Positions 47,134 to 56,049 of a stretch of 64,000 bases of DNA are shown here, piece after piece (within the stretch, counting starts at the first letter, position 1; the number at the start of each line of letters is the position of its first letter). The notes beneath the pieces are model-generated. The model did not search any database. It was given only the letters and a program-made list of their open reading frames with translations, and was not told the origin of the DNA. Source of the DNA: Pirellulales bacterium (lineage in GTDB: Bacteria > Planctomycetota > Planctomycetia > Pirellulales > JAICIG01); the NCBI GenBank assembly GCA_025927475.1, contig JAICLL010000004.1, positions 25,288 through 89,287 of the forward strand. The letters run 5' to 3'. Position numbers and translations under genes: made by a program.

Positions 47134-47619
47134 CTAAGGATTCTGGGGAAGCCGGCGGCGGCCGGGGTGGGCATTGGCGTCGGGCGCGATCGCTTGGAAT
47201 GTCGCAAGTTCGTCCTCCGAATGCGCCTTGCCGTAGATGATGAGCTCATCGACCGTGCCATGAAAGACGTTGCCGCTCGAGTAATTAGCAAACGTCCAGA
47301 CCTTGTGTTCGTTTTTGTTTTTGGAGTCGACCACCTCCAGTTTGAGGTCTTGAGGTAATTCGATCTCCGCCACTTTTTTGCCGTTTTGATAGACGAGGAT
47401 CGAATGGCGACGTACGTCGACGGCGCAGGCGATCAGGATCCAGTTCCCGGCGGTCATAGGAGCGGCGTCGATTTCATGGCCGTCGAAGCGGAAATTGGCC
47501 AACGTCGGGCGTGACTTCGGCGCATGCCGCGGCGCTACTTCGGTGTCTACGGCTTTTGCCGCAAGCGCCGAGGATGCCAAAAGCAGTCCGACGAAAACAA
47601 TGCGCAAAGTCAAGATCAT
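47134..47619 (-). CDS. secreted LamG/concanavalin-like lectin-fold protein
   Basis: Start at MILTLRIVFVGLLLASSALAAKA (ATG 47619). WILIACAVDVRRHSILVYQNGKKV and FHGTVDELIIYGKAHSEDEL match the Laminin_G_3 pattern. Confidence 0.65.
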   Translation of the reverse strand: MILTLRIVFVGLLLASSALAAKAVDTEVAPRHAPKSRPTLANFRFDGHEIDAAPMTAGNWILIACAVDVRRHSILVYQNGKKVAEIELPQDLKLEVVDSKNKNEHKVWTFANYSSGNVFHGTVDELIIYGKAHSEDELATFQAIAPDANAHPGRRRLPQNP

Positions 47620-47832
47620 GGCGTTTCTCCTGCGTAGAGAAAGTGCCCTGGTAAACATTTGGCATCATTCTACTGCGGTTACGGTCTGTCAGCCAATCTG
47701 GGCCGGCAGGCGCGTTTTCCGCCTTGGGCCGGCGTTGTGAGGCCGGTATACTTCCGTCCCTTCGCCGACTGGTTTCGGCGCGAGAGGCGATCCGCCGGCC
47801 GCGAGGACCGAGCTAACCTGGGAGGACACGGC

Positions 47833-48612
47833 GTGGAGACGACCAGAAGATCCAAGAACCGGCGACGGGCGCTCTGGCTTCTGCCGCCGCTGGCCATGTT
47901 GGCGCTGGCCTGCCTGGCTCTGATCGCTGACCTGCCCGTGGCCCGGTGGGCCGCGGGACGCGATTACCCGCGCGCCCTGCGCGAATTGATGAGCATTGCC
48001 GAAGCGCTTGGACACGGCGTCGGGGTTATGCTGGTCGTCGTGACCGTGTTTGTGCTCGATCCCGAGGCCCGCCGCCGTCTGCCGCGATTCATCGCCGCGG
48101 TGGCTCTGGGCGGGCTGGGGGCGAATGTGGTTAAACTGATCGTCGCACGCGACCGCCCGGGCGCCGTCGATCTGCTGCACACCGAGGTGGCTCAGACGTT
48201 CGGTGATTGGCTGCCGCTGGCGCACAACGGCAGCTTGCACCAAAGCTTTCCCTCGGCGCATACCGCCACGGCGGTGGCGATGGCCTGGATGCTGGCGGTT
48301 GTCTATCCGCGCGGCCGCTGGTGGTTTGGCACGCTGGCCGTCCTGGTCGGGGCACAGCGTGTTTTAGGCGGGGCCCATTTCGTCAGCGATGTGTTGGCGG
48401 GAGCCGCGGTGGGCTGGTTTCTGGCAGTTGCCGCATCGTTGAACGCGCCGCGGGGCGTCGCCGCCGGCGATACGCTTCGCTTAGCGCCGAACAGCCTACG
48501 CCCGCCAGCAGACAGATCACCGGTTCGATCGGCAGGCGAAAACGATGATAGCCCGCCGGCCCTCCGGACAGCAGCAGAAAGTACGCCGCAAAGGCCACCA
48601 GCAGCGGCATGA
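47833..48612 (+). CDS. PAP2-family phosphatase
   Basis: GTG 47833 is preceded by GGAGGA 7 nt upstream. Motifs KLIVARDRP, FPSAHT and GAHFVSDVLAG. The 3' tail overlaps the convergent gene by 230 nt. Confidence 0.75.
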   Translation: METTRRSKNRRRALWLLPPLAMLALACLALIADLPVARWAAGRDYPRALRELMSIAEALGHGVGVMLVVVTVFVLDPEARRRLPRFIAAVALGGLGANVVKLIVARDRPGAVDLLHTEVAQTFGDWLPLAHNGSLHQSFPSAHTATAVAMAWMLAVVYPRGRWWFGTLAVLVGAQRVLGGAHFVSDVLAGAAVGWFLAVAASLNAPRGVAAGDTLRLAPNSLRPPADRSPVRSAGENDDSPPALRTAAESTPQRPPAAA

Positions 48613-49831
48613 GCGGATTACGCTGCCGCAGCCCCGACGTCAGGCCGACCAACGCCAGCCCGAGATAGCTCGCCAACGCAAGCGCCAGCGCGGCGTGAAT
48701 GGCCAGCACCAGCGGCTGATTTTTCAGGGCGGCTGCCAACCGCTCGCTGGCCGGTCGCAAGCCGCCGGCGGCCGCCTCGCCTTCGGGCAGCAGATGAAAG
48801 TAATGCACCCAGGCGTTTCGCCCAGAGTCAAACAGCGTGTGCATGATGCCCGAGAGGTGAAGACGCAGGGCGATCGACGGATGCTCGCGCAACACTTGCC
48901 AGGCTTCGCGGCGCATCGCGGCGTATTGCCGAGCGTCCGACCAATCGACTTGTTCCGGATGCCGCCGCAGCCAGGCGGCGCTATCGTGGAAACCCAGCTC
49001 GCGCTGAAATTCGGGCAGTCGCTCGGGAGCAATGCCTTCCAGCTCGGCCAACACCGGCACGGCCTCGTAATAATAAAGATTAACGTCGGCAATGGCCGAG
49101 AAGCCCGAGTAGCCGGCGGCTCGGTCGTTTCTCCACTGCCACAGCCCCATCAGGCTCATCGCCAGCAGCAGAAATGCGCCGCTTTGCGGCACCAGTCGCC
49201 GGCACGGCAGCGGGCTTCGGATCCACAGCAGAACGGCCGCGCCGGTCAACCAGAATGGCAGGTAATAAGCGATCGGTCTGACATAGGCCGCGGCGGCGAT
49301 GGCGATCGCCACTGCGAAAACATCGAGCCAGCGACGCTCGCGCAGATAACGCGCGGCGAACCAAAGGGCCAGCGTGGTCAACGTGGTAAACAGAGTTTCG
49401 CTGAGCAGCTTGCTGGCATAGAGCACCGACAGCGGTTCGCAGGCCAGCAAAGCGGCGGCAAGCAATGCCACGCGCCGCCCGGTGAAACAGAGCGACCCAA
49501 TGCGAAACACGAGCCAAACGGTGAAACAGCCGAGCCCGATCTGAATGCCGATGGTCACGGCATCGACGTGCCGGGCCAGCACGCCGATGCTCAACAGCAG
49601 CGGATAGCCTGGCGTGCGGACAATCTCGGGCGAGCCGTCCGCCACGAACCGCCCGATGTTTGCCAGTTGCTCGGCGACGCGCAGGTAGCCAAAGCTATCC
49701 GGCTCGCGGAACAGCGGTCGCTCGCGTGCCACCGCCACGGCAAACAGGGGCGTGGCCGCGCGGGGCGCGAGGGCCAAGCCGAGTACGAGCAGCAGGGCTT
49801 TCGAGCGTCGCTCGCCCAGGGAGGCAATCAC
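48383..49831 (-). CDS. GT39/ArnT-like (PMT_2) membrane glycosyltransferase
   Basis: Polytopic protein with the N-terminal loop FREPDSFGYLRVAEQL...VRTPGYPLLLS. The proposed GTG start 49831 forms a GTGA overlap with the stop of the upstream small ORF. The track start 49921 would overlap that ORF by 94 nt. Confidence 0.75.
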   Translation of the reverse strand: MIASLGERRSKALLLVLGLALAPRAATPLFAVAVARERPLFREPDSFGYLRVAEQLANIGRFVADGSPEIVRTPGYPLLLSIGVLARHVDAVTIGIQIGLGCFTVWLVFRIGSLCFTGRRVALLAAALLACEPLSVLYASKLLSETLFTTLTTLALWFAARYLRERRWLDVFAVAIAIAAAAYVRPIAYYLPFWLTGAAVLLWIRSPLPCRRLVPQSGAFLLLAMSLMGLWQWRNDRAAGYSGFSAIADVNLYYYEAVPVLAELEGIAPERLPEFQRELGFHDSAAWLRRHPEQVDWSDARQYAAMRREAWQVLREHPSIALRLHLSGIMHTLFDSGRNAWVHYFHLLPEGEAAAGGLRPASERLAAALKNQPLVLAIHAALALALASYLGLALVGLTSGLRQRNPLMPLLVAFAAYFLLLSGGPAGYHRFRLPIEPVICLLAGVGCSALSEAYRRRRRPAARSTMRQLPETSPPRLPPTHR

Positions 49832-50106
49832 TGATCTGAACCGAGACCAACCTCTTTTACCATGAGTTCCAAGACATTGACGCCGTGTTTCTCTACACGA
49901 ACGTCGCCATCTCCCGGCCACATTGAAATGATCGTTTCGCCGCCGCTGGACTCAACCTTTAAAGTCAGCGGTTCTCGCGAGAATAGCTCCAGCACGGTCA
50001 CCTTCTCTCCAGGAGCAAGTGAATAGTGAAAACATTCCGGCTCGATATTGAGAATAACGGGCCGGGGGGCGTCATTTTGGATGACGAACTGGTTCTGCAT
50101 CTTCAT
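49828..50106 (-). CDS. hypothetical small protein (ORFan, low-G+C islet)
   Basis: 92 aa, ATG start (MKMQNQFVIQNDAPRPVILNIEPECFHYSL...). Beta-rich. No motif recognised. Confidence 0.5.
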   Translation of the reverse strand: MKMQNQFVIQNDAPRPVILNIEPECFHYSLAPGEKVTVLELFSREPLTLKVESSGGETIISMWPGDGDVRVEKHGVNVLELMVKEVGLGSDQ

Positions 50107-50118
50107 TGCAAGCTTACC

Positions 50119-50427
50119 TCACTCAAAAAGTGCCGCCAGATCGCGTAGCTGTTCGGCGCGCCCGGCGGCGCTTGGATTATTTGGCGTTATTGCCGCGACG
50201 AGCTCGTATCCCTCGGCGACATCAAGCAGCCGCTCTTTCGTCCACCCGCTTTCCAGAAGCTGACTTTTCGTGAAATCATCAGCGGTCTTGGTTACCGACC
50301 GCGCTTTCCAACCGAAGAATTCACCTGCCGCCTTCAGGCTAGACCCGCCTGCTTTCCTAATCCGTCCGGGTAAACCAACTTCGCCGAGCGTCACCCAAGC
50401 TCCTTGCGTAAAGACCGCGCTTCTCAT
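50119..50427 (-). CDS. hypothetical small protein (ORFan, low-G+C islet)
   Basis: 102 aa, ATG start, 12 nt upstream of the next ORF. C-terminal GWTKERLLDVAEGYELVAAITPNNPSAAGRAEQL. No motif recognised. Confidence 0.5.
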   Translation of the reverse strand: MRSAVFTQGAWVTLGEVGLPGRIRKAGGSSLKAAGEFFGWKARSVTKTADDFTKSQLLESGWTKERLLDVAEGYELVAAITPNNPSAAGRAEQLRDLAALFE

Positions 50428-50565
50428 GTAAGTCTATTCGGTGACCCTCCAGCAGCCAAGCCAGCCTTCTTCCGATTACCAGAATCGACGCGCGGCACTG
50501 GCGCCAGCAGGTGGTAACATTGTCGCCGCCATCGCGGCACGAAAGCAAGCCGCCGGCCCCCATAG

Positions 50566-51942
<1,377 letters not shown>

Positions 51943-51983
51943 CGTGTACCGACTGCTTCTATGGTCGTCGAGACTCGAGCCTG

Positions 51984-52402
51984 ATGAACCGAACCGACTT
52001 TCAGCAACTTGCCGAGATTCGGATAACTGAGGCCGGCGTATTGCTGGCCAATGGCCATTCTGATGGCGCCTACTATTTGGCAGGCTACGCGGTAGAATGC
52101 GCACTGAAGGCATGCATCGCTAAGTTCACCAATCTGCATGACTTCCCGGATAAGCAGCGCGCGGTCGACGCTTTTACTCATGACCTTATCAAGCTTCTGA
52201 GGATTGCGGATCTGGATGTCCAATTCCGTTTTGACACCGCAGCCGATGCGATTCTACTGTAAAGGTAAATTGGGACGTCGTGAGTCGTTGGACTGAGGCG
52301 AGCCGATATGGGCGTTATAACCAGACTGCTGCCACCCAATTGTACGACAGCATCACGGACAGCTCGCACGGAGTGCTGACATGGCTCAAGCTACGCTGGT
52401 AA
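51984..52402 (+). pseudogene. HEPN-domain protein with a frameshift
   Basis: The first frame runs from ATG 51984: MNRTDFQQLAEIRITEAGVLLANGHSDGAYYLAGYAVECALKACIAK...THDLIKLL, stopping at 52260-52262. The expected C-terminus NWDVVSRWTEASRYGRYNQTAATQLYDSITDSSHGVLTWLKLRW (stop 52400-52402) continues in the frame shifted by +2 (equivalently -1). The shift lies between about 52235 and 52268. Confidence 0.7.
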
Positions 52403-52770
52403 GCGAACAGATTCAAGACGGGCAACGAGTGATTAGCGAACTGCGAAGGCGAAAATTCGACCTCACGGTTGCCGCCTGGCTACGGGCCGGGGATGACGGG
52501 CTATGGAAACTTTACATCGGCTCGAAGGTTGTCGATGATCAAGGTCTTCGCCCCGCGTATGAGGTCATCAATGAGACGATCCGCAGCCTTGCCGATTGCT
52601 GGGTCGATCCTTTTGAAGTGGTGGTTATCGGGTCGGCTGATCCGGTGGCGATCGACCTGGTAAGCCGACTGTTCAATTACACCGGCAAAATTCCCAAACG
52701 CTTCAGCGGCGGCCGGCTCGGCGAGACCTATTTTGAGGAAGGTTATATCTATCCGCCGCCGGCGCCGTGA
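52381..52770 (+). CDS. hypothetical protein overlapping the HEPN 3' end
   Basis: 129 aa with an ATG start 22 nt inside the HEPN reading frame. GTGA overlap with the downstream TPR gene. No MNT (GSx..DxD) motif seen. Confidence 0.55.
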   Translation: MAQATLVSEQIQDGQRVISELRRRKFDLTVAAWLRAGDDGLWKLYIGSKVVDDQGLRPAYEVINETIRSLADCWVDPFEVVVIGSADPVAIDLVSRLFNYTGKIPKRFSGGRLGETYFEEGYIYPPPAP

Positions 52771-54485
52771 AAACACCAACGAGTGACGTCTTCGAGACAG
52801 CCTGGCAATGCCACCAGGCTGGCGAGCTGCGCCAAGCGGAAGAGCTTTATCGCCGCATTTTGCAGCGCGAGCCGCGCAACGGACGGGTGTGGTTCGTGCT
52901 GGCCAATCTCGTCGAGTCGCAGCAGCGGCTGGCCGAAGCGGTGGCTTATTATCGGCAGGCGCTCGAAATCGAACCCCGCGAGGGGCTGGGCTACTTTCAT
53001 CTGGCCAACGCCCTGCTTCAGCAAAAAGAGTGGGCCGAGGCCGAGCCGGCGTTTCGCCGCTGCCTCGAATTGCAGCCTGGCCACATCGAGGCGCTGGTGA
53101 ACTTGGGCTTTGTGCTTTCGGAGCAAAATCGCCACGTCGAGGCCGAAGCCTGCTGCCGGCAGGCGCTGGCCCTGAAACCCGACCAGGCCGAGATCCATCA
53201 CAATCTGGGCAACGCGCTGCGGGAACAAAACAAGCACGATGAGGCCATCGAGCACTATCGCGAAGCACTGCGGCTGCGGCCCGACTATGCGAAGTGCGAG
53301 GTGAATCTGGGCGTGGCGTTGATCGCCCAGGGCAATAGCGGCGAGGCCATCCAGCGGCTGCGGCGCGGAGTCGAACTCGACCCCGATTTTGCTGAAGCCT
53401 ACAACAGTCTGGGGGCGGTCGTTTCGGTCGAGCGGCGGTTCGACGAATCGCTGGAATACTACGCGCACGCCATTCGCCTCAAGCCCGACTATCCCGACGC
53501 TCATTGGAACCGCTCGCTCGTTTGGCTTTTGACCGGCGATTTTGAGCGCGGCTGGCCGGCCTATGAATGGCGTTGGCGCTGTGCGCGCATCGGGCAGGCG
53601 CCGCAGTACAGCCAGCCACGCTGGGACGGCGCTCCCCTGGAAGGCCGAACGATTCTGCTGCATGCCGAGCAAGGCTTGGGCGACACGCTGCATTTCGTGC
53701 GCTACGCGGCCCTGGTCAAGGCCCGCGGCGGCAGAGTCATCGTTCAATGCCAGCCGCCGCTCAAGCGTCTCTTAGCAAGTTGCCCTGGCATCGACCTATT
53801 GATCGGGCAAGGCGAACCGTTGCCGCATTTCGATGTATGGGCGGCCCTTTTGAGTCTGCCGGCGGTGTTCGGCACCGATTTGTCGACCATTCCGGCAAAC
53901 GTTCCTTATTTGTTGGCCGAGGCAGAGCTTGTGGAACATTGGCGGCGCGAACTGGCGCCGCTGAGCGGATTTCGGATTGGCGTTTCCTGGCAAGGCAGCC
54001 CGCGACATCCTTGGGACCGTCACCGCTCGGCGGCGCTGGCCGATTTGGCGCCGCTGGCGCGCGTGCCCGGTGTGCGGCTAATCAGCCTGCAAAAAAATCC
54101 AGACGCCGACATCGCAAGCTTCAATCGGTGGCTAGGGCCGAGCGTTGGCGACGCCGCGGCTGCTGCGCCGGCAGCCTTGCTTTCGTTGGGCGGCGCCGTC
54201 GACGAAGCCGCCGGCCCGTTCATGGACACCGCGGCGATCATGCGCAATCTCGACCTGGTCGTTTCGGTCGATACCGCCGTGGCGCACCTGGCCGGCGCGC
54301 TGGGCGTGCCCACCTGGCTGGCCTTGAACTACTCGCCCGACTGGCGCTGGCTGCTCGAACGAGCAGACAGCCCCTGGTATCCCACGATGCGGTTGTTCCG
54401 ACAGTCGGCGCTGGGCGATTGGTCGAGCGTATTTGCCGAGATGGCCGTTGAACTGTCGAAGCTGGTGATGCCGCCGACGGGCTAG
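52767..54485 (+). CDS. TPR-repeat protein with C-terminal GT9 (heptosyltransferase-like) domain
   Basis: About 7 TPR units (AEELYRRIL, AVAYYRQALEIEP, AIEHYREALRLRPDY ...), then ILLHAEQGLGDTLHFVRY and VSVDTAVAHLAGALG. Confidence 0.8.
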   Translation: MKTPTSDVFETAWQCHQAGELRQAEELYRRILQREPRNGRVWFVLANLVESQQRLAEAVAYYRQALEIEPREGLGYFHLANALLQQKEWAEAEPAFRRCLELQPGHIEALVNLGFVLSEQNRHVEAEACCRQALALKPDQAEIHHNLGNALREQNKHDEAIEHYREALRLRPDYAKCEVNLGVALIAQGNSGEAIQRLRRGVELDPDFAEAYNSLGAVVSVERRFDESLEYYAHAIRLKPDYPDAHWNRSLVWLLTGDFERGWPAYEWRWRCARIGQAPQYSQPRWDGAPLEGRTILLHAEQGLGDTLHFVRYAALVKARGGRVIVQCQPPLKRLLASCPGIDLLIGQGEPLPHFDVWAALLSLPAVFGTDLSTIPANVPYLLAEAELVEHWRRELAPLSGFRIGVSWQGSPRHPWDRHRSAALADLAPLARVPGVRLISLQKNPDADIASFNRWLGPSVGDAAAAAPAALLSLGGAVDEAAGPFMDTAAIMRNLDLVVSVDTAVAHLAGALGVPTWLALNYSPDWRWLLERADSPWYPTMRLFRQSALGDWSSVFAEMAVELSKLVMPPTG

Positions 54486-54736
54486 CCGTCCACGTAGGTA
54501 ACCGCGCCTTTCGGTGCGGCGCCGCAAACTAGATCTTCAGCGCTGCTCAAAAATGCCAGCACTTGCTCTCGGCTGACCGTCGGAAATCCCTCGAGAAAAT
54601 CGTCGATCGAATCTCCGGCGGCCAAGTATTCCACGAGGGTGTGGACCGGCACGCGCGTGCCTGCAAAAACAGGCGCACCGCTAAGGATCTCCGGAGATGA
54701 GGTAACAAGAAATCGCTGCATGTCCACCCTCGTCAT
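54482..54736 (-). CDS. DUF433 domain protein (solitary)
   Basis: ILSGAPVFAGTRVPVHTLVEYLAAGDSIDDFLEGFPTVSREQVLAFL. It shares a palindromic CTAG stop with the convergent TPR gene. Confidence 0.7.
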   Translation of the reverse strand: MTRVDMQRFLVTSSPEILSGAPVFAGTRVPVHTLVEYLAAGDSIDDFLEGFPTVSREQVLAFLSSAEDLVCGAAPKGAVTYVDG

Positions 54737-54939
54737 GTTACCAGACCATCATGCGCTCGGCAAGACATTCCGCCCGCTTAAGAGCGCGTCGAGAACGCGG
54801 GATTCGCACGATCCCTATAACCCCTTCACGTTGCCGTCTTGGCAGCAATCCCGCGTGGCGTCCGATTTTGACGCCGGCGCGATTGCGAGCTAGTTTTCGG
54901 CAGAGTGGCACAATAGCGATTCTGCGCGCAATCCCGAGC

Positions 54940-55521
54940 ATGGACTATTTGACCGACGAGAATCAGCAGGCTTCGATGCGTTACGCAAGCAGGATGTTTG
55001 CGTTGCGGCGGGCGCGCCGCCGCGGGTCCGAACGCCGCGGCATCGCGGCCGTCGAGGCCGGGCTGTGCATGCCGATTTTGCTGCTGTTCATGCTCGGCAT
55101 GTGGGAAGTCGGACGGATGGTGCAAGTCGAGCAAATTTTGGTGAACGCCGCCCGCGAAGGCGCGCGGATCGCCGCCGAGGGCCAGCTCACCGTCAACGGC
55201 AGCAATGTACCGGTCACCGTCACCCTGGTGCAGCAGTACGTACGCGACTATCTGACCGCGGCGGGGTTGCCGGCGGCCGCCATCAGCGGGGCGCAGATCC
55301 AGGTCATCAACAAAAGCGGCAACTCCTGGAGCGATCCTTGCAACGCAAAGCCGATGGATAAGTTTCAGCTTTCGATCACGATTCCGCCGGGCACGGCATA
55401 CAGCAGCTTGAAATGGGGCGTCGTCAGCACCATTACGGGGATGAACCAAATCTCGGTTTCCGTGAATTGGGTTTCGTTGAACGATTCGGAAGTGAATGTG
55501 AGCACGCAATTGCCGTATTAA
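54940..55521 (+). CDS. TadE-like protein 1
   Basis: RRGSERRGIAAVEAGLCMPILLLFMLGMWEVGRMVQVEQILVNAAREGARIA is the TadE N-terminal pattern. The start could also be 54976 or 54994. Confidence 0.75.
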   Translation: MDYLTDENQQASMRYASRMFALRRARRRGSERRGIAAVEAGLCMPILLLFMLGMWEVGRMVQVEQILVNAAREGARIAAEGQLTVNGSNVPVTVTLVQQYVRDYLTAAGLPAAAISGAQIQVINKSGNSWSDPCNAKPMDKFQLSITIPPGTAYSSLKWGVVSTITGMNQISVSVNWVSLNDSEVNVSTQLPY

Positions 55522-55529
55522 CAAACAGC

Positions 55530-56021
55530 ATGCAACGGTCGAAATTGGTTACAAAACAGCGGCGAGACGCGCGCCGCGGCGGCGCGATTGTCGAGACGGC
55601 CTTGGTGCTGCCGATCGTGCTGTTGTTCCTGTTCGGCATCATGGAATATGGGCGTTACATTCTTGCCCTGCAAATCTTCACGAACGCCGCTCGCGAGGGC
55701 TGCCGCTACGCCGTCACGCACACCCAGCCGGTGACCATCGTCGGCGGGCCCTACCCGGGCACCTATGGCAACAACACGTCCGACGTGACCAACGCCGTGA
55801 ATTCCTTCCTGGGCGGACAGACCTTGAGCGGACAAACGACGCAGGTCTATCTCTCGGACAGCAAAGGCGCCAACCTCGGCGCGTGGACCAACGCTCAGCC
55901 AGGACAATTCGTGTGCGTAAAAATCACGGGCAATTACACGGTGATGCTACCCTCGCTGCTGTCGATGCCCAATTCGATTCCGGTGACCGCCACGTCGGTG
56001 ATGATTTGCGAGGGGAATTAA
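55530..56021 (+). CDS. TadE-like protein 2
   Basis: MQRSKLVTKQRRDARRGGAIVETALVLPIVLLFLFGIMEYGRYILALQIFTNAAREGCRYA. Confidence 0.8.
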   Translation: MQRSKLVTKQRRDARRGGAIVETALVLPIVLLFLFGIMEYGRYILALQIFTNAAREGCRYAVTHTQPVTIVGGPYPGTYGNNTSDVTNAVNSFLGGQTLSGQTTQVYLSDSKGANLGAWTNAQPGQFVCVKITGNYTVMLPSLLSMPNSIPVTATSVMICEGN

Positions 56022-56049
56022 GCTTGTCCACGCATCGGCGCCATCCGAG

